From the IMG/VR virus record IMGVR_UViG_3300028920_000006, positions 7,843-71,842 of that record: a stretch of 64,000 nt of DNA; one strand, written 5' to 3'. The notes below the pieces were generated by a model. It was not told where the DNA came from and did no database searches. It saw only the letters and a program-made list of their open reading frames with translations. How positions within the stretch are numbered: the stretch's first letter is position 1; each line of letters starts with the position of its first letter. This DNA is from a virus. Positions 38,375-49,219 of this stretch are shown here, one piece after another. Made by a program: the position numbers and the translations under genes.

Positions 38375-38550
38375 ACAAGATTGGTTACTGTACAGAGTAT
38401 GACAAGCGTATGGTGCTGATACGTATACAGGAACTCCGCCTCACTGGTCTGTTTGTTATACCGTGGGGACATTCCGGTTGGGTAAGACGTACCTTTACGG
38501 ATGCAGTGACCGGTGAGATGATCAAAGACATTTTTCCAATACTGAACTGA
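38371..38550 (+). CDS. hypothetical protein (59 aa)
   Basis: Fills portal-head gap, GTGA overlap. Confidence 0.4.
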   Translation: MNKIGYCTEYDKRMVLIRIQELRLTGLFVIPWGHSGWVRRTFTDAVTGEMIKDIFPILN

Positions 38551-38552
38551 TT

Positions 38553-39674
38553 ATGGTATGCAATCATACAATTTCCCGTAGCCAGCGAGTGAGGGTCGGT
38601 GTTTCCAACGGTATCCGCCTAAACCGTGCCCTTGCCGCCGACCCTACTCGCACTACTACGATCAGGAAGAAGTTTGCGGCTGATGTGACTAGGAGGTTTC
38701 GGCAGCTTCAACGCGATATCCGCGCGACCATCGTTGATAACGATGCGTTTGGACTGCGCATTGGCACCGGCCCCCACGGTCTCACCGCAGCACCTGAACA
38801 TGCATTCGCTTGGAAGACAGACCCACAGAAGGTGGATCTGTTTATGAAGTGGTTGCAGGAGGAAATAGATTCAGGTATTCTTGAAGCTCAGTATGTAGAG
38901 ACTGGAAGCACTTATCCAGGAACCCCTTGGATGAACGTCCACATAGACAGTTCCTTCAAGAAAGGCCTACGACGGGGCAGGGCTGAACTCAAGAAGCAAA
39001 ACATACCAGTTGTGTCAGGTAGGCCAATAACCCCTCTAGACGACAATATAAACGCTCTATTCCTATCCCCTATGGCCGCGGAGAAAGTGGCTATGGTGTA
39101 CATCCGGGCCTACAATGAGCTCAAGGGTATCACAAACCGTATGGCCCAGAAGATAAGTAGGGAGTTGGCTGTAGGATTGGCGGAAGGACGAGGTCCTGTA
39201 TACATAGCACGGCAGATCACCAAGCAAGTGGATATAGAGCGTACTCGTGCCGTGGTGATGGCCCGAACGGAAGTCGTACGAGCACACAATATCGCCAACA
39301 TCATGACGTACAGGATGGCGGGGTTGGAGAAGGTCAAAGTGAAGGCCGAATGGTCCACCGCCGGTGATGACCGTGTCTGCCCTGACTGTGCCATGATGGA
39401 GGGAGAGATATTAACACTGGATCAGGCGGAGAGGCTGATCCCACTTCATCCACAGTGCCGTTGTGTGGTCTTGCCTTTCGTGGTGCGTTTCATGGAACCC
39501 AAGGGATACACTATTAGGGAGCGTATCGCGGGTGTTGGAAAACGCTATGTGGACAAGGACGGTTATTTCAAGCGTCGGGGTTTCTACGAGGACAAGATAG
39601 GCAGGAGGCCTCCGGGTGTACCTCCCGCCGGTAAAAAAGTCAAATTCAGAAAGAAAGTAAAGAGAGGGACCTAA
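38553..39674 (+). CDS. head morphogenesis protein (SPP1 gp7 / Mu gpF-like)
   Basis: ARTEVVRAHN, WSTAGDDRVCPDC, IPLHPQCRC. Confidence 0.88.
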   Translation: MVCNHTISRSQRVRVGVSNGIRLNRALAADPTRTTTIRKKFAADVTRRFRQLQRDIRATIVDNDAFGLRIGTGPHGLTAAPEHAFAWKTDPQKVDLFMKWLQEEIDSGILEAQYVETGSTYPGTPWMNVHIDSSFKKGLRRGRAELKKQNIPVVSGRPITPLDDNINALFLSPMAAEKVAMVYIRAYNELKGITNRMAQKISRELAVGLAEGRGPVYIARQITKQVDIERTRAVVMARTEVVRAHNIANIMTYRMAGLEKVKVKAEWSTAGDDRVCPDCAMMEGEILTLDQAERLIPLHPQCRCVVLPFVVRFMEPKGYTIRERIAGVGKRYVDKDGYFKRRGFYEDKIGRRPPGVPPAGKKVKFRKKVKRGT

Positions 39675-39676
39675 CC

Positions 39677-39853
39677 ATGACCCTTGACCCGAAAAAGAAT
39701 AAACCCATGACGAAGCACAATGAAGGCGACGTTAATCAAGCGGCTAGGAGAAGCATGGGGAAGCGGACAATGATGCATGATCCCATTGCCAATGCGAACT
39801 TCACAGAAGGCTGGGAAGAATATTGTAAACACAATCCGCAAGCTAAGAGGTGA
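39677..39853 (+). CDS. hypothetical protein (58 aa)
   Basis: GAGGG RBS; fills gap. Confidence 0.4.
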   Translation: MTLDPKKNKPMTKHNEGDVNQAARRSMGKRTMMHDPIANANFTEGWEEYCKHNPQAKR

Positions 39854-39856
39854 TAT

Positions 39857-41683
39857 ATGCCACTACCGAGACCAAGGAAGGGCGAGACGCAGAAGAAGTT
39901 CATAAGTCGTTGCATGAGTAATGATGTAATGAATAGTGAATTTCCTGATGAGGACCAGCGTGCCGCCGTATGTCACAGCCAATGGAGGCGTGCGAAGAAC
40001 AATTCTGGGGGCCTACAGTTCAATAAGAAGAGTGGTCCTCGCGTGAATCGGCTTCGACATTTGATGGCTAGTGAGATCCGGGAGGAGACACTCGACGGGA
40101 AAGAATACTTGGTGGTTCCCACAAGTATGATTGTGGAAGGGGTACACAATAATCTGATGTATCCTGCTTCTGAGCTTGCCAAGTTCCCGGATGCTTGGAA
40201 TGGTTGTCCTGTGGTGATAGTGCCTGAAGGACACCCCAAGGATGAGTTTGGTAATCCGGTTACTGCCAATAGCCCAGAGGAGTTTGAACTCCATAGGGTA
40301 GGTTATCTGTTCAACAGCGAGTGGGAGGATCCGAAGGGCAGAGTGTTGAGCGAGACTTGGTTGGAAGTAGCCAAGATGAATGAAGTGGACGGTGGGGAGA
40401 CTGTTCTCAAGATGCTGCGTGACGGTGAGAACATAGAGGTTTCCACAGGTCTTTTCACCGATGAGATTCCCGAGGAAGGTGAGTGGAATGGGGAAGAATA
40501 TGAAGCCATCCTCGTTAATTATAGGCCGGACCATCTGGCCCTGTTGCCCTTTGATAAAGGTGCATGTAGTTGGGAAGATGGAGCAGGTATGCTGAATGTG
40601 AACAAACGCGGGGAAGGTCAGGGGCAAGGAGGGGATAAACAGGGGGATGGAGGAACAGATACTTGCTCTTGTCCTGAATGTGGCGCGACGGCTTCTCATA
40701 AGAGGGGTGTTCCTTGCACTGAGCAGAAATGCCCCAAGTGTGGAGCTAGTATGACGGGGATGTCAGGTAACAAGGAGAAAGTTGCGGACCTGAAAGCGCT
40801 GATGGAGAAGGCTGCTGAGTTGGGCTGTTCAGTGAACATCTTATCTCATGGTGATATGTACAGTCGCCTTAATGACGAGATTCGGCAGATTGTCAAACCG
40901 AATGTTGCGAAAGGCGAGTATGTATACATCAGGGATATCTTCGATGGTTTTGCGGTATATCAGGTTGAGTCGCAGAACCAAGATGTGAAGATGTTCAGGC
41001 AGAACTACAAAGTGGACAAGGACGATAACGTGACACTGGATGGTGATCCCACTGAAGTAAAGGAGAAGCGGGAGTATGTGCCGGTGTCCAACAAAACTCA
41101 CGAACCAGAAGGAGGTAATCAGATGGATCGTGAAAAGACAGTGAAGGCCCTGATTGAGAATAAGGACAATGATTGGGGTGAGGAAGACCGTGAGATGCTG
41201 ATGGCCGCGACCGATGAGCGGTTTGAGCAGCTTACGAAACCTAAGGACGAGCCGAAGGACAACAAGAAGAAGGAAGAGCCGAAGGCAGAGCCGAAGGACA
41301 ACAAGAAGAAGGAAGAGCCGAAGGCAGAGCCGAAGGATAATGGGAAGGCAAAGGACAAACCCAAAGGCTTGAAGGAACTGCTGGAAGAGGCAGACCCTGA
41401 AACCCGTGGTGCTATCCAACGGGCTGTAAAGCGCGACAAGCAGATCAAGAAGGAAGTGGTCAAGGAGCTTGTCGAGAATACAGCTTGTGATTTCACCGAG
41501 GAGGAGCTGGAAGGTAAGGACCTTGATGAGCTCGAGAAGCTCGCCAATCTGGCACAGGTTGACGTAGACTTCTCAGGGCGGTCCATTGGGAATATGGACG
41601 ACGATGAAGATGATGATGAAGTTCCGGCGGCACCGAGTCTCTCGGATGCCATCAAAGAGAACTATCAGAAGAAAAATGCCTAG
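39857..41683 (+). CDS. prohead protease/scaffold (DUF2213-like)
   Basis: HP, EVSTG, PDHLALLP..GACS..DGAG; charged scaffold C-terminus with internal RBS and ATG at 41123. Confidence 0.82.
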   Translation: MPLPRPRKGETQKKFISRCMSNDVMNSEFPDEDQRAAVCHSQWRRAKNNSGGLQFNKKSGPRVNRLRHLMASEIREETLDGKEYLVVPTSMIVEGVHNNLMYPASELAKFPDAWNGCPVVIVPEGHPKDEFGNPVTANSPEEFELHRVGYLFNSEWEDPKGRVLSETWLEVAKMNEVDGGETVLKMLRDGENIEVSTGLFTDEIPEEGEWNGEEYEAILVNYRPDHLALLPFDKGACSWEDGAGMLNVNKRGEGQGQGGDKQGDGGTDTCSCPECGATASHKRGVPCTEQKCPKCGASMTGMSGNKEKVADLKALMEKAAELGCSVNILSHGDMYSRLNDEIRQIVKPNVAKGEYVYIRDIFDGFAVYQVESQNQDVKMFRQNYKVDKDDNVTLDGDPTEVKEKREYVPVSNKTHEPEGGNQMDREKTVKALIENKDNDWGEEDREMLMAATDERFEQLTKPKDEPKDNKKKEEPKAEPKDNKKKEEPKAEPKDNGKAKDKPKGLKELLEEADPETRGAIQRAVKRDKQIKKEVVKELVENTACDFTEEELEGKDLDELEKLANLAQVDVDFSGRSIGNMDDDEDDDEVPAAPSLSDAIKENYQKKNA

Positions 41684-41722
41684 GGAACAGTGATCCCCTA
41701 GCAAACCACAAGGAGGAAAAAC

Positions 41723-42181
41723 GTGGCTTACAAGACGATCACAATAATGGGTGACGGTGTCCGTAAGGAGGCTACTGCTACGGCAGTCGCAATCACTCCC
41801 GGGATGCTCGTCGAGCGTACAAGCGCCGGTCTTGTCCAGGCACATAGCAATGCTGGACAGCCCGCGCAGACGATGTTCGCGGTTGAAGATGATCTTCAGG
41901 GTAATGAGATCACCGACAACTACTCCGCATCAGCGATCATACAGTTCAATGTCTTCCGTCGTGGAGACGAAGTGTATGCTATCCTGAATGACGGTGAGGA
42001 CGTCAGCATAGCCGACTTCCTGGAGTCCGCCGGTAACGGTAAGCTCCGGAAGCATACGGCCAGTTCAGCGGGTGCTGTGGAGTATCCGAATTCCATCGTG
42101 GGTGTAGCGTTGGAAGCAGTAGACATGAGTGATTCGAGTGCGGCCGACCCGAGTGGCCGGATTCGTGTCGAGATCATGTAA
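41723..42181 (+). CDS. capsid decoration/cement protein
   Basis: Between scaffold and major capsid gene; ITPGMLVE, LESAGNGKL, VGVALEA. Confidence 0.7.
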   Translation: MAYKTITIMGDGVRKEATATAVAITPGMLVERTSAGLVQAHSNAGQPAQTMFAVEDDLQGNEITDNYSASAIIQFNVFRRGDEVYAILNDGEDVSIADFLESAGNGKLRKHTASSAGAVEYPNSIVGVALEAVDMSDSSAADPSGRIRVEIM

Positions 42182-42214
42182 GCCTGACGGCAACACAAAG
42201 AAAGGAAAAGAAGA

Positions 42215-43246
42215 ATGCCTAAGATTCGACTTCCTAAGAGACTGAACGTGAATGCCGGCGAAGTCCAGGCGATCGTTGATGCCATCTACAAGAAGCAAGC
42301 GTATGGTGACGCTGCTCACCGTCTGCTTGCGAGTGGGATGAATGTCAATGCTTTGCGTACCAACGACACTCTCCGCAAGGATGAGTGGAAGCATTATGAC
42401 ACCGCTCTGCTCAAGGTGGCACAGGAAAGGTTGATAGGTGTGGCTGACCTCATGGGTCGTGGTCTCACGTATAGTATCTCCAATGGTCTTGGTAAGACTG
42501 TGCTGGAATACGAGGACGTGTCCCAGATTGAAGCCGCGCAGATGTCTATGGACGCCGTTACTCGGGGCCGCAATGACCGGGTGGAGTTCAGCATCAACTA
42601 CCTGCCTCTGCCGATTGTCCATTACGATTTCCAGATCAACGCGAGGGTGCTCGCCGCATCCCGTACGACTGGTGAATCGTTGGACACAACGATGGCCGAG
42701 CTCGCAGCGCGGATGGTGTCTGAGAAGCTGGAGGAACTCCTGTTCACAGGGTCCAGCGACTACACGTTCGGCGGTGGGACGATCTATGGTTACACGGATC
42801 AACCCAATCGGAATACCGGTTCGCTCTCGGCGAACTGGGATGACTCAGCCGCGACCGGCAATACCATGCTGGACGATGTGCTGGCGATGAAGCAGGCGTC
42901 TATTGACGCGAAACACTACGGCCCGTGGATGTTGTACATCCCGACCAACTTCGAGACCGCAATCGAAGACGACTTCAAGGCCAATAGCGACAAGTCCATA
43001 ACGTCGCGGCTCAATGAAGTTCGTGGGTTGATCGACATCAAGGTCGCCGACAAGCTGACGGCCGATAACGTCGTACTCGTTCAGATGAGTAGTGACGTGG
43101 TTCGTTGGGTGGAAGGTCTGGCGATGCAGACCGTAGAGTGGCAGACCGAAGGTAACATGATCTACCACTTCAAGGTCATGACCATAGGTGTCCCGCAGAT
43201 TCGGGCAGATCAGGAAGGCAATAGTGGTCTTGTCCACTATAGCTAA
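42215..43246 (+). CDS. major capsid protein (HK97 fold, encapsulin/linocin M18-like)
   Basis: 343 aa; LPLPIVH.DF.I..R.L.ASR, YGPW.LY; position in head module. Confidence 0.85.
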   Translation: MPKIRLPKRLNVNAGEVQAIVDAIYKKQAYGDAAHRLLASGMNVNALRTNDTLRKDEWKHYDTALLKVAQERLIGVADLMGRGLTYSISNGLGKTVLEYEDVSQIEAAQMSMDAVTRGRNDRVEFSINYLPLPIVHYDFQINARVLAASRTTGESLDTTMAELAARMVSEKLEELLFTGSSDYTFGGGTIYGYTDQPNRNTGSLSANWDDSAATGNTMLDDVLAMKQASIDAKHYGPWMLYIPTNFETAIEDDFKANSDKSITSRLNEVRGLIDIKVADKLTADNVVLVQMSSDVVRWVEGLAMQTVEWQTEGNMIYHFKVMTIGVPQIRADQEGNSGLVHYS

Positions 43247-43309
43247 TAGTCTGTGAGCAGGTAAGGACTAACCAAGTCCTATCCTGTTCCTAACCAAGGA
43301 GAAAACAAA

Positions 43310-43873
43310 ATGGCAACACGCACAAGAAGAGCGAGAGCAAAGAAGAAAAAGAAGAGCAATAAACCTTTTATCCCCAAATACAGATTTCGTGTGATCAGTG
43401 GGAGGCATTACGAAAGGGTTGATGTACCCGGTAAGAAGAAGCGAATACAAGAGGTATTCACAGCCGGGATGGTATTTGAGTCTTTCCGGAGACTGGATAA
43501 GATATTTGGAAATAAACTCAGGTATCTTGGACTGTCCAAGGAAGAACCCGAAGTAGATGAGGTCGAAGAAGATGCCCCCGACACTGAGGAAGAGCGCGTG
43601 GATAGCGACGAGGACGAAGACGAAGACGCGGAAGAAGAAGAGGACGAGGAAGAAGACAACGACGATGACGAAGTAGATGGGGCTGACGACGAAGAAGACG
43701 ACGATGACGAAGACTCAAACGTTGTTCAGTACCGTATGAAACATCGAGGTGGTGGTCGATGGTGGGTAGTCCCATGCAACACAGTCACAGGTGATATTGT
43801 GGGCGAACCTGTCCACGACGGTTATCTCACCAGAGAAGCCGCTATCAAACTGCTTGAAGATATGGAAAGCTAA
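43310..43873 (+). CDS. basic N-terminus plus acidic tract protein after capsid gene
   Basis: MATRTRRAR..., about 55-residue D/E-rich tract; AAGGAG RBS. Confidence 0.7.
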   Translation: MATRTRRARAKKKKKSNKPFIPKYRFRVISGRHYERVDVPGKKKRIQEVFTAGMVFESFRRLDKIFGNKLRYLGLSKEEPEVDEVEEDAPDTEEERVDSDEDEDEDAEEEEDEEEDNDDDEVDGADDEEDDDDEDSNVVQYRMKHRGGGRWWVVPCNTVTGDIVGEPVHDGYLTREAAIKLLEDMES

Positions 43874-46800
43874 TGGCGGACACGAGACAGTTTGTATCGT
43901 ATTGGACCATCCCCATTCTGTGGCCTGATGCGACTGTATTCATAATTGGAGGTGGTCCCAGTCTAGAGGGGTTTGACTGGGACCCCTTCACCAAAAGGCG
44001 TGTGATAGGTTGCAATGATGCCTATACGCTGGGACCATGGGTCGATGTGTGTTTCTTCTGTGACTATTCGTGGTTCAAGGGTACTCACCATTTCCCGGGA
44101 CATGAACGTCTTGGTTTGATGGATTTCCAAGGTTTAAAGGTTGCTTGTGTAGAACACCCCTTATTTGACAAGCGTATAAAAGAGGTTCGCCGTCAGACAC
44201 GGCGTCAGGGTATCTGGGACCAGCCGGACAAGCTGTGCTGGAACTTGAATACGGGAGCCACTGCGATCAATCTGGCTGTGCATCTGGGTGCGAGCCGAAT
44301 AGTGCTCTTGGGGTTTGATATGAAACTGTCCCCCGAGGGAAGCATGAATTGGCATGAGAACAGCAAGGACCGTCCTAACCCCGGCGTGTTTGATAAATTC
44401 TATGAGGGGTTTAAGGCAGTGAAAAGAGACCTTGATGAACGGTGGCCTCAGGTGGATGTTCTCAATGCCGGTCCAGATAGTGACTTGGATGTGTTCCCCT
44501 TTGTGGATACGTGTGACATTCTTAAGGAAAAACCTTCGCGAAGGAAGAAGCGCAAAGTGAAGACATACATAGGACCGAGGAAGCCCAAACCTCCGGTAAT
44601 ATCTGTGCTGTGTCCAACCAGACAGAGAGCAAGGATGTGTAGGGACTTTGTGACAAGCTTCTACGAAAAGGCCGCTCGCCGTGATGCTTTGGAAATCATA
44701 CTGTACATTGATCATGATGATCCCGACATGAGAGAATACAGGAACTTGATCAATGATATCCACTGCAAGATGATTGTGGGCAAGTTGGGGCAGGAAGGTG
44801 GAGATGTGGTGGGTAAGGCGTGGAACCTGATGGCAAGGGAAGCCAAAGGTGAGTTCCTGATGATGGGCAATGATGACCTGTTTGCTGTCACACAAGGATG
44901 GGACAACATTCTACGCAAGAATGCTAAAGACTATGAGGATGGTATAGCTTGCTTCTGGTTCAACGACGGTATCCATACTACTGGGAAACATTGTGCGTTC
45001 CCCATAGTGTCTCGTGAGTGGTACGAGTGTCTTGGTTATTTCATGCCGGAGTGTTTTGAGTTCTTCTGCCATGACACGTGGGTCTTTGATATAGGCAAGA
45101 GGATAGGACGTTTGTGTTTCATGAAGGATGCTACAGTAGAGCACAGACACTTTTCCACAGGTAAATCTGAACGTGATTCCACTACAGCAAGGAATCGTGG
45201 CAGGAGTCAGAACAAACATGATCTGCAGACACTGAACAAAACGGCGGCGCAACGTGCTGAAGACGCCAAGAAGTTGATGGGTATCATTAAGCAGAGCTCT
45301 GATATATATGAATATGATACCAGACTCAAAAACATGCTCCATGGAAAGACTGTTGCACTTGTGGGGCCAGCACCTACTCTGATGGGCAAACGCAAGGGGA
45401 AAGAAATAGAGCAATACGATGTCGTATGCCGTGTGAACGAATTTGTACCATTCGGAGCAGAAGAGGATTACGGTAGTCGTACAGACATTGTGTTCAGTAG
45501 TGGTTCGGACACTGTGATGGCTCAGTTGGAAACAGCCATGGACAGCAATGCTTTCTTAGCAAACAAACTAGGATTCATGGTCGCAGCACAACTTGCTCAC
45601 AATGATGAAGGGAATGTGCTTGGAAACTTCCATAGGTTCTATGTGAAGTATGGAACTTCCATCCACCATGTTGGTGATGCATTCTGGCATTCCTTGGCGG
45701 CAGACATGGGGAGCAGTCCCACCACAGGATACGTCGCTTTACAGATGTTGAGGAAATACAAGGTCAAGAAGATACTTGTGGCCGGTTTCACCTTCTACGC
45801 AGATGAACTCAAAGTGAAGGGGGACCATCCTTATCACAGCCCTGCCTATGTAGAGTGGGGAGGTGAAATAGATAAGTCTATCCCGGTGAAATATCATCAG
45901 ATGGAGCCAGAACGCCAAAGCTTCGCTACGATGGCCTGTAAGGATTCGCGAATTTGGGTGGACAGTGTACTGGCTACACTGTTCAAACTGGACACAGAGC
46001 GCGTATGGGACGTCACAGAGGCCTCACCAGTGCACCCACTATACCATAAGCACAAGCAGCTTGCTGAACTTGTAGATGGGAAGCGTGTTGCTATAGTGGG
46101 TCCTAGTCCACATTTAATGGGTGAGGGGATGGGTAGAGAGATAGATGGTTATGATGTAGTTTGCCGTGTGAACGAACTATTGCCCTTTGGGTGCGAGGAA
46201 GACTACGGCAGTCGCACAGATATCATCTTCCATTGTTGTGGTCAGTACAGTATTCCCAAGTTAGAAAAGACCATGATAGCAAAATCGGATGTTGCAGATC
46301 GTGTCCAGCTTCTGGTCTGTCCACAAGATGTGACAAATGACCCGAGGGCAAACAACACTCCATTCCATGCTATAGGCAAAGACTACTGGTGGGATCTGAA
46401 CCGACGTGTGGGTGCGATTGGTTGTGCCACGGGACTCTTGTCTGTAGCTCTGTTACTAGAGAAATACAGACCCAAGGAATTGCTGGTCACAGGCTTCAGT
46501 TTCTACAGTCAGGGTTTGGAACCAGAGCAGCGGCACAACCCGGGATATATAAAGTGGGGCGGTGATCATTCTGCAAAACAGAAGATGGAGGATAATGTTC
46601 TAGCCCAAAACGCCCAACATAATCAAGCTCCGCAGAAAGCCTTCTTCAAGAAGCTTGCTAAAAAGTATCACAAAAAATTGCGGGTGGATTCCTTCTTGAG
46701 CGGTTTACTGCATCTGGATTCGCCTAATGTGTTGCAGTTGAGAAAACGTGTCTATGCTATCTATAGAGCTTTCTATGGTGCTGATTTCTTGGAACAGTCC

Positions 46801-47547
46801 ATACGTTCTATAATAGACCACGTGGATAAGGTGTTTGTATTCTGGACAAACAAAGCGTTCGCAGATGTGACTGAATGTGTGTTCAAGGGTAGTACTGTGA
46901 AGTTCCCACGTAAGATAGACAATGTGGTGGAAGTGGCAGAAGCCGTCAGGGAGGTATACCCTGATAAGGTGGAAGTGATTTTTGACCATTGGGGTCTACC
47001 GGATAACCAGTACACTCATCTGTTTAACGATCGTGTGCTTCCTTATCATCCTAGGCCGGATATGGTGATGTTCTGTGAACCTGATCAAGTGTGGAACGAA
47101 GCTCAGTTGATGTTGGCATTCAGGGAAATGGAAGAACTGAGAACGGGTGTCAGCAGACAGATTGAATTATGGAAGGACCTCAACTGGAGAATACCTGAAC
47201 GACCAAAACGGTATGGGACCATCTTTTGGAACCTTAGAGGTATGACTGAGATACCTGTGACTGGTAAGGGAGGGTCCATACGCACACGCGACCGGTTGGA
47301 TGCTCATGTCCACAACCTTGGGTTCTGTGTAAGTCCGGTGACCATGTTCTGGAAACATCTTCTTGCCATTGCCTTCAGTAAGAAGATAGGAGATAGTCAA
47401 CCAAACGAGGATTGGTATTTCGACAAGTGGGTTGGATGGAATGAAAACGGGAACAACAAGAACTTGGCAATCTCAAAAGGACACGAAGCAGACATTCCAT
47501 ATGCAGCACCGTATGATGGGGCTGGTCTGCCGGACGTACTGAAATGA
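43873..47547 (+). CDS. multidomain glycosyltransferase: DUF115/Maf-like + GT2 + two GT29 sialyltransferase-like + GT-A-like domains
   Basis: IIGGGPSL..GCND..LLGFD; LCPTR..IDHDD..GNDD; twice VG P..G.EI..YDVVCRVN..DYGSRTDI; C-terminal FLEQSIRSI..EPDQVW. Confidence 0.75.
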   Translation: MADTRQFVSYWTIPILWPDATVFIIGGGPSLEGFDWDPFTKRRVIGCNDAYTLGPWVDVCFFCDYSWFKGTHHFPGHERLGLMDFQGLKVACVEHPLFDKRIKEVRRQTRRQGIWDQPDKLCWNLNTGATAINLAVHLGASRIVLLGFDMKLSPEGSMNWHENSKDRPNPGVFDKFYEGFKAVKRDLDERWPQVDVLNAGPDSDLDVFPFVDTCDILKEKPSRRKKRKVKTYIGPRKPKPPVISVLCPTRQRARMCRDFVTSFYEKAARRDALEIILYIDHDDPDMREYRNLINDIHCKMIVGKLGQEGGDVVGKAWNLMAREAKGEFLMMGNDDLFAVTQGWDNILRKNAKDYEDGIACFWFNDGIHTTGKHCAFPIVSREWYECLGYFMPECFEFFCHDTWVFDIGKRIGRLCFMKDATVEHRHFSTGKSERDSTTARNRGRSQNKHDLQTLNKTAAQRAEDAKKLMGIIKQSSDIYEYDTRLKNMLHGKTVALVGPAPTLMGKRKGKEIEQYDVVCRVNEFVPFGAEEDYGSRTDIVFSSGSDTVMAQLETAMDSNAFLANKLGFMVAAQLAHNDEGNVLGNFHRFYVKYGTSIHHVGDAFWHSLAADMGSSPTTGYVALQMLRKYKVKKILVAGFTFYADELKVKGDHPYHSPAYVEWGGEIDKSIPVKYHQMEPERQSFATMACKDSRIWVDSVLATLFKLDTERVWDVTEASPVHPLYHKHKQLAELVDGKRVAIVGPSPHLMGEGMGREIDGYDVVCRVNELLPFGCEEDYGSRTDIIFHCCGQYSIPKLEKTMIAKSDVADRVQLLVCPQDVTNDPRANNTPFHAIGKDYWWDLNRRVGAIGCATGLLSVALLLEKYRPKELLVTGFSFYSQGLEPEQRHNPGYIKWGGDHSAKQKMEDNVLAQNAQHNQAPQKAFFKKLAKKYHKKLRVDSFLSGLLHLDSPNVLQLRKRVYAIYRAFYGADFLEQSIRSIIDHVDKVFVFWTNKAFADVTECVFKGSTVKFPRKIDNVVEVAEAVREVYPDKVEVIFDHWGLPDNQYTHLFNDRVLPYHPRPDMVMFCEPDQVWNEAQLMLAFREMEELRTGVSRQIELWKDLNWRIPERPKRYGTIFWNLRGMTEIPVTGKGGSIRTRDRLDAHVHNLGFCVSPVTMFWKHLLAIAFSKKIGDSQPNEDWYFDKWVGWNENGNNKNLAISKGHEADIPYAAPYDGAGLPDVLK

Positions 47548-48578
47548 AATCTACTGAAGAACATAAGTACACATCGACAGGTGTGAAGTTCTGGCGTCAC
47601 CCGGAACAGATGTTGAACTATCGAGAAGGTTGTGGTGAGACCGCGATTTCCACCCACATATCTCCGGAGGGGTCATGCAATCTGAATTGTTCTTACTGCT
47701 CAGTCAAGAAACGAAACAGTCGGAAACTACGAATACCCCTGAACACAATACAGTGTTATGTCTCAGAACTCCTGGACAGGGGTTTGAAAGCAGTAATCCT
47801 GACCGGTGGAGGCGAACCCCTCCTATACCCATGGATCAACGAACTTGTGGAGTGGTTGCTTGGTTGCGGGTTGAAGATAGGTTTGATCACTAACGGTACA
47901 ATGTGTGATAATCTACAGAAGTCTAATTGGCAACAGTTGTCGTGGACACGTGTGAGTTTGAACATGGGATATCTGGATAAAGTATACCTGCCAAGAGAGT
48001 ATACAAAGGATGTCGTTGTGGGATGTTCTCTGATAACAGAACGGCGGTATGACTGGAAGGAGTTTGTGGATGTGGCAGTGACAGCGACTTGTATAGGCGC
48101 AAAGTACATCCGCCTTCTTCCCAACTGTTTGTTGGATACAGAAGATATGGCACTGGAGCACGAGTGGTTGGAAAGGATCACTCCATTGCTTAAAGACACT
48201 GTGTCTAGTCTTTTCTTCCATCAACATAAAAACCATAGGGCTCCTGATTGCAGGACGTGTCACCAGTCTTATTTCAGACCATACCTCAGTGAAGAGAGGT
48301 ATTGGAGAACAGGCAAGCCGGGGAGTGTTTTCCCTTGTGACAGTGTTGTATTGAATAGTCATGCTGAGAAGTTCATGTCTAAGTTCCAACTCTGTTCTCC
48401 AAAGGAAATAGGAGCTTTCTTGGATGGGCACAAGTTACCACGGTTTGATCCTAGGAATGATTGTGCAGGATGCGTTTTTACGGATACAGTGGAAATGTTG
48501 GGTCGTTGGAAAGACAGGGGTACTGTGGATATGTTAGCCGAATATGAAAAGCCTGTCGTCCATGAGGAGTTTGTATGA
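47544..48578 (+). CDS. radical SAM protein with C-terminal Cys cluster
   Basis: CNLNCSYC, TGGGEP, ITNG, FPC..CAGC. Confidence 0.88.
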   Translation: MKSTEEHKYTSTGVKFWRHPEQMLNYREGCGETAISTHISPEGSCNLNCSYCSVKKRNSRKLRIPLNTIQCYVSELLDRGLKAVILTGGGEPLLYPWINELVEWLLGCGLKIGLITNGTMCDNLQKSNWQQLSWTRVSLNMGYLDKVYLPREYTKDVVVGCSLITERRYDWKEFVDVAVTATCIGAKYIRLLPNCLLDTEDMALEHEWLERITPLLKDTVSSLFFHQHKNHRAPDCRTCHQSYFRPYLSEERYWRTGKPGSVFPCDSVVLNSHAEKFMSKFQLCSPKEIGAFLDGHKLPRFDPRNDCAGCVFTDTVEMLGRWKDRGTVDMLAEYEKPVVHEEFV

Positions 48579-49219
48579 ACCCCAATAAATACAATGAGGA
48601 TTACTACGAGCGGGGAGTAGCAACCGGGTCCAGTCTCTATTCCTGCTACAGGTGGATCCCTGAGTTGACCATACCCCTCGCGGCGCGGCTAGTGGAGTCA
48701 CTTCATATTCACAGAACTGACAGGATACTGGACTTTGGATGTGCCAAGGGTTTCTTGGTCAAAGCATTGCGTCTTCTGGGCTATAATGCCTACGGGATAG
48801 ACATCAGTCGCTATGCCATAGAAAGCGCTCCTGTGGATGTACAGCCTTATCTGGAATGCACCGAGAGTGTGATAATGTCCCATATGAATCATTGGGATTG
48901 GGTGATAGCAAAGGATGTATTGGAGCATCTGGAGTCAAAAGCACTCAAAGGGATTTTGGCGGAGTTGGCAGGATCCACGAGACATCTGTTTGTGGCGGTC
49001 CCACTTGGGGTAGATGAGCGTTACAACATACCATCATACGAGTTGGACATAACCCACGAAATTCGGGAACCCCTCGCATGGTGGACACAAGCATTGACAA
49101 AGAGCGGATTTACGGTTTCTGTTGCAAAGTACAGGATGCCGGGGGTAAAGGATAATTGGGCGAAGTACGAGAAGGGGAACGGGTTTCTAGTGGCACACAC
49201 TGAAAGAGGAAAGAAATGA
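48575..49219 (+). CDS. class I SAM-dependent methyltransferase
   Basis: ILDFGCAKG, GIDIS, DVLEHL. Confidence 0.88.
   Translation: MNPNKYNEDYYERGVATGSSLYSCYRWIPELTIPLAARLVESLHIHRTDRILDFGCAKGFLVKALRLLGYNAYGIDISRYAIESAPVDVQPYLECTESVIMSHMNHWDWVIAKDVLEHLESKALKGILAELAGSTRHLFVAVPLGVDERYNIPSYELDITHEIREPLAWWTQALTKSGFTVSVAKYRMPGVKDNWAKYEKGNGFLVAHTERGKK

Noticed and set aside
42215-43246. Encapsulin nanocompartment or bacteriocin
   Set aside because: Context of portal, protease, decoration and neck genes shows it is the phage major capsid protein
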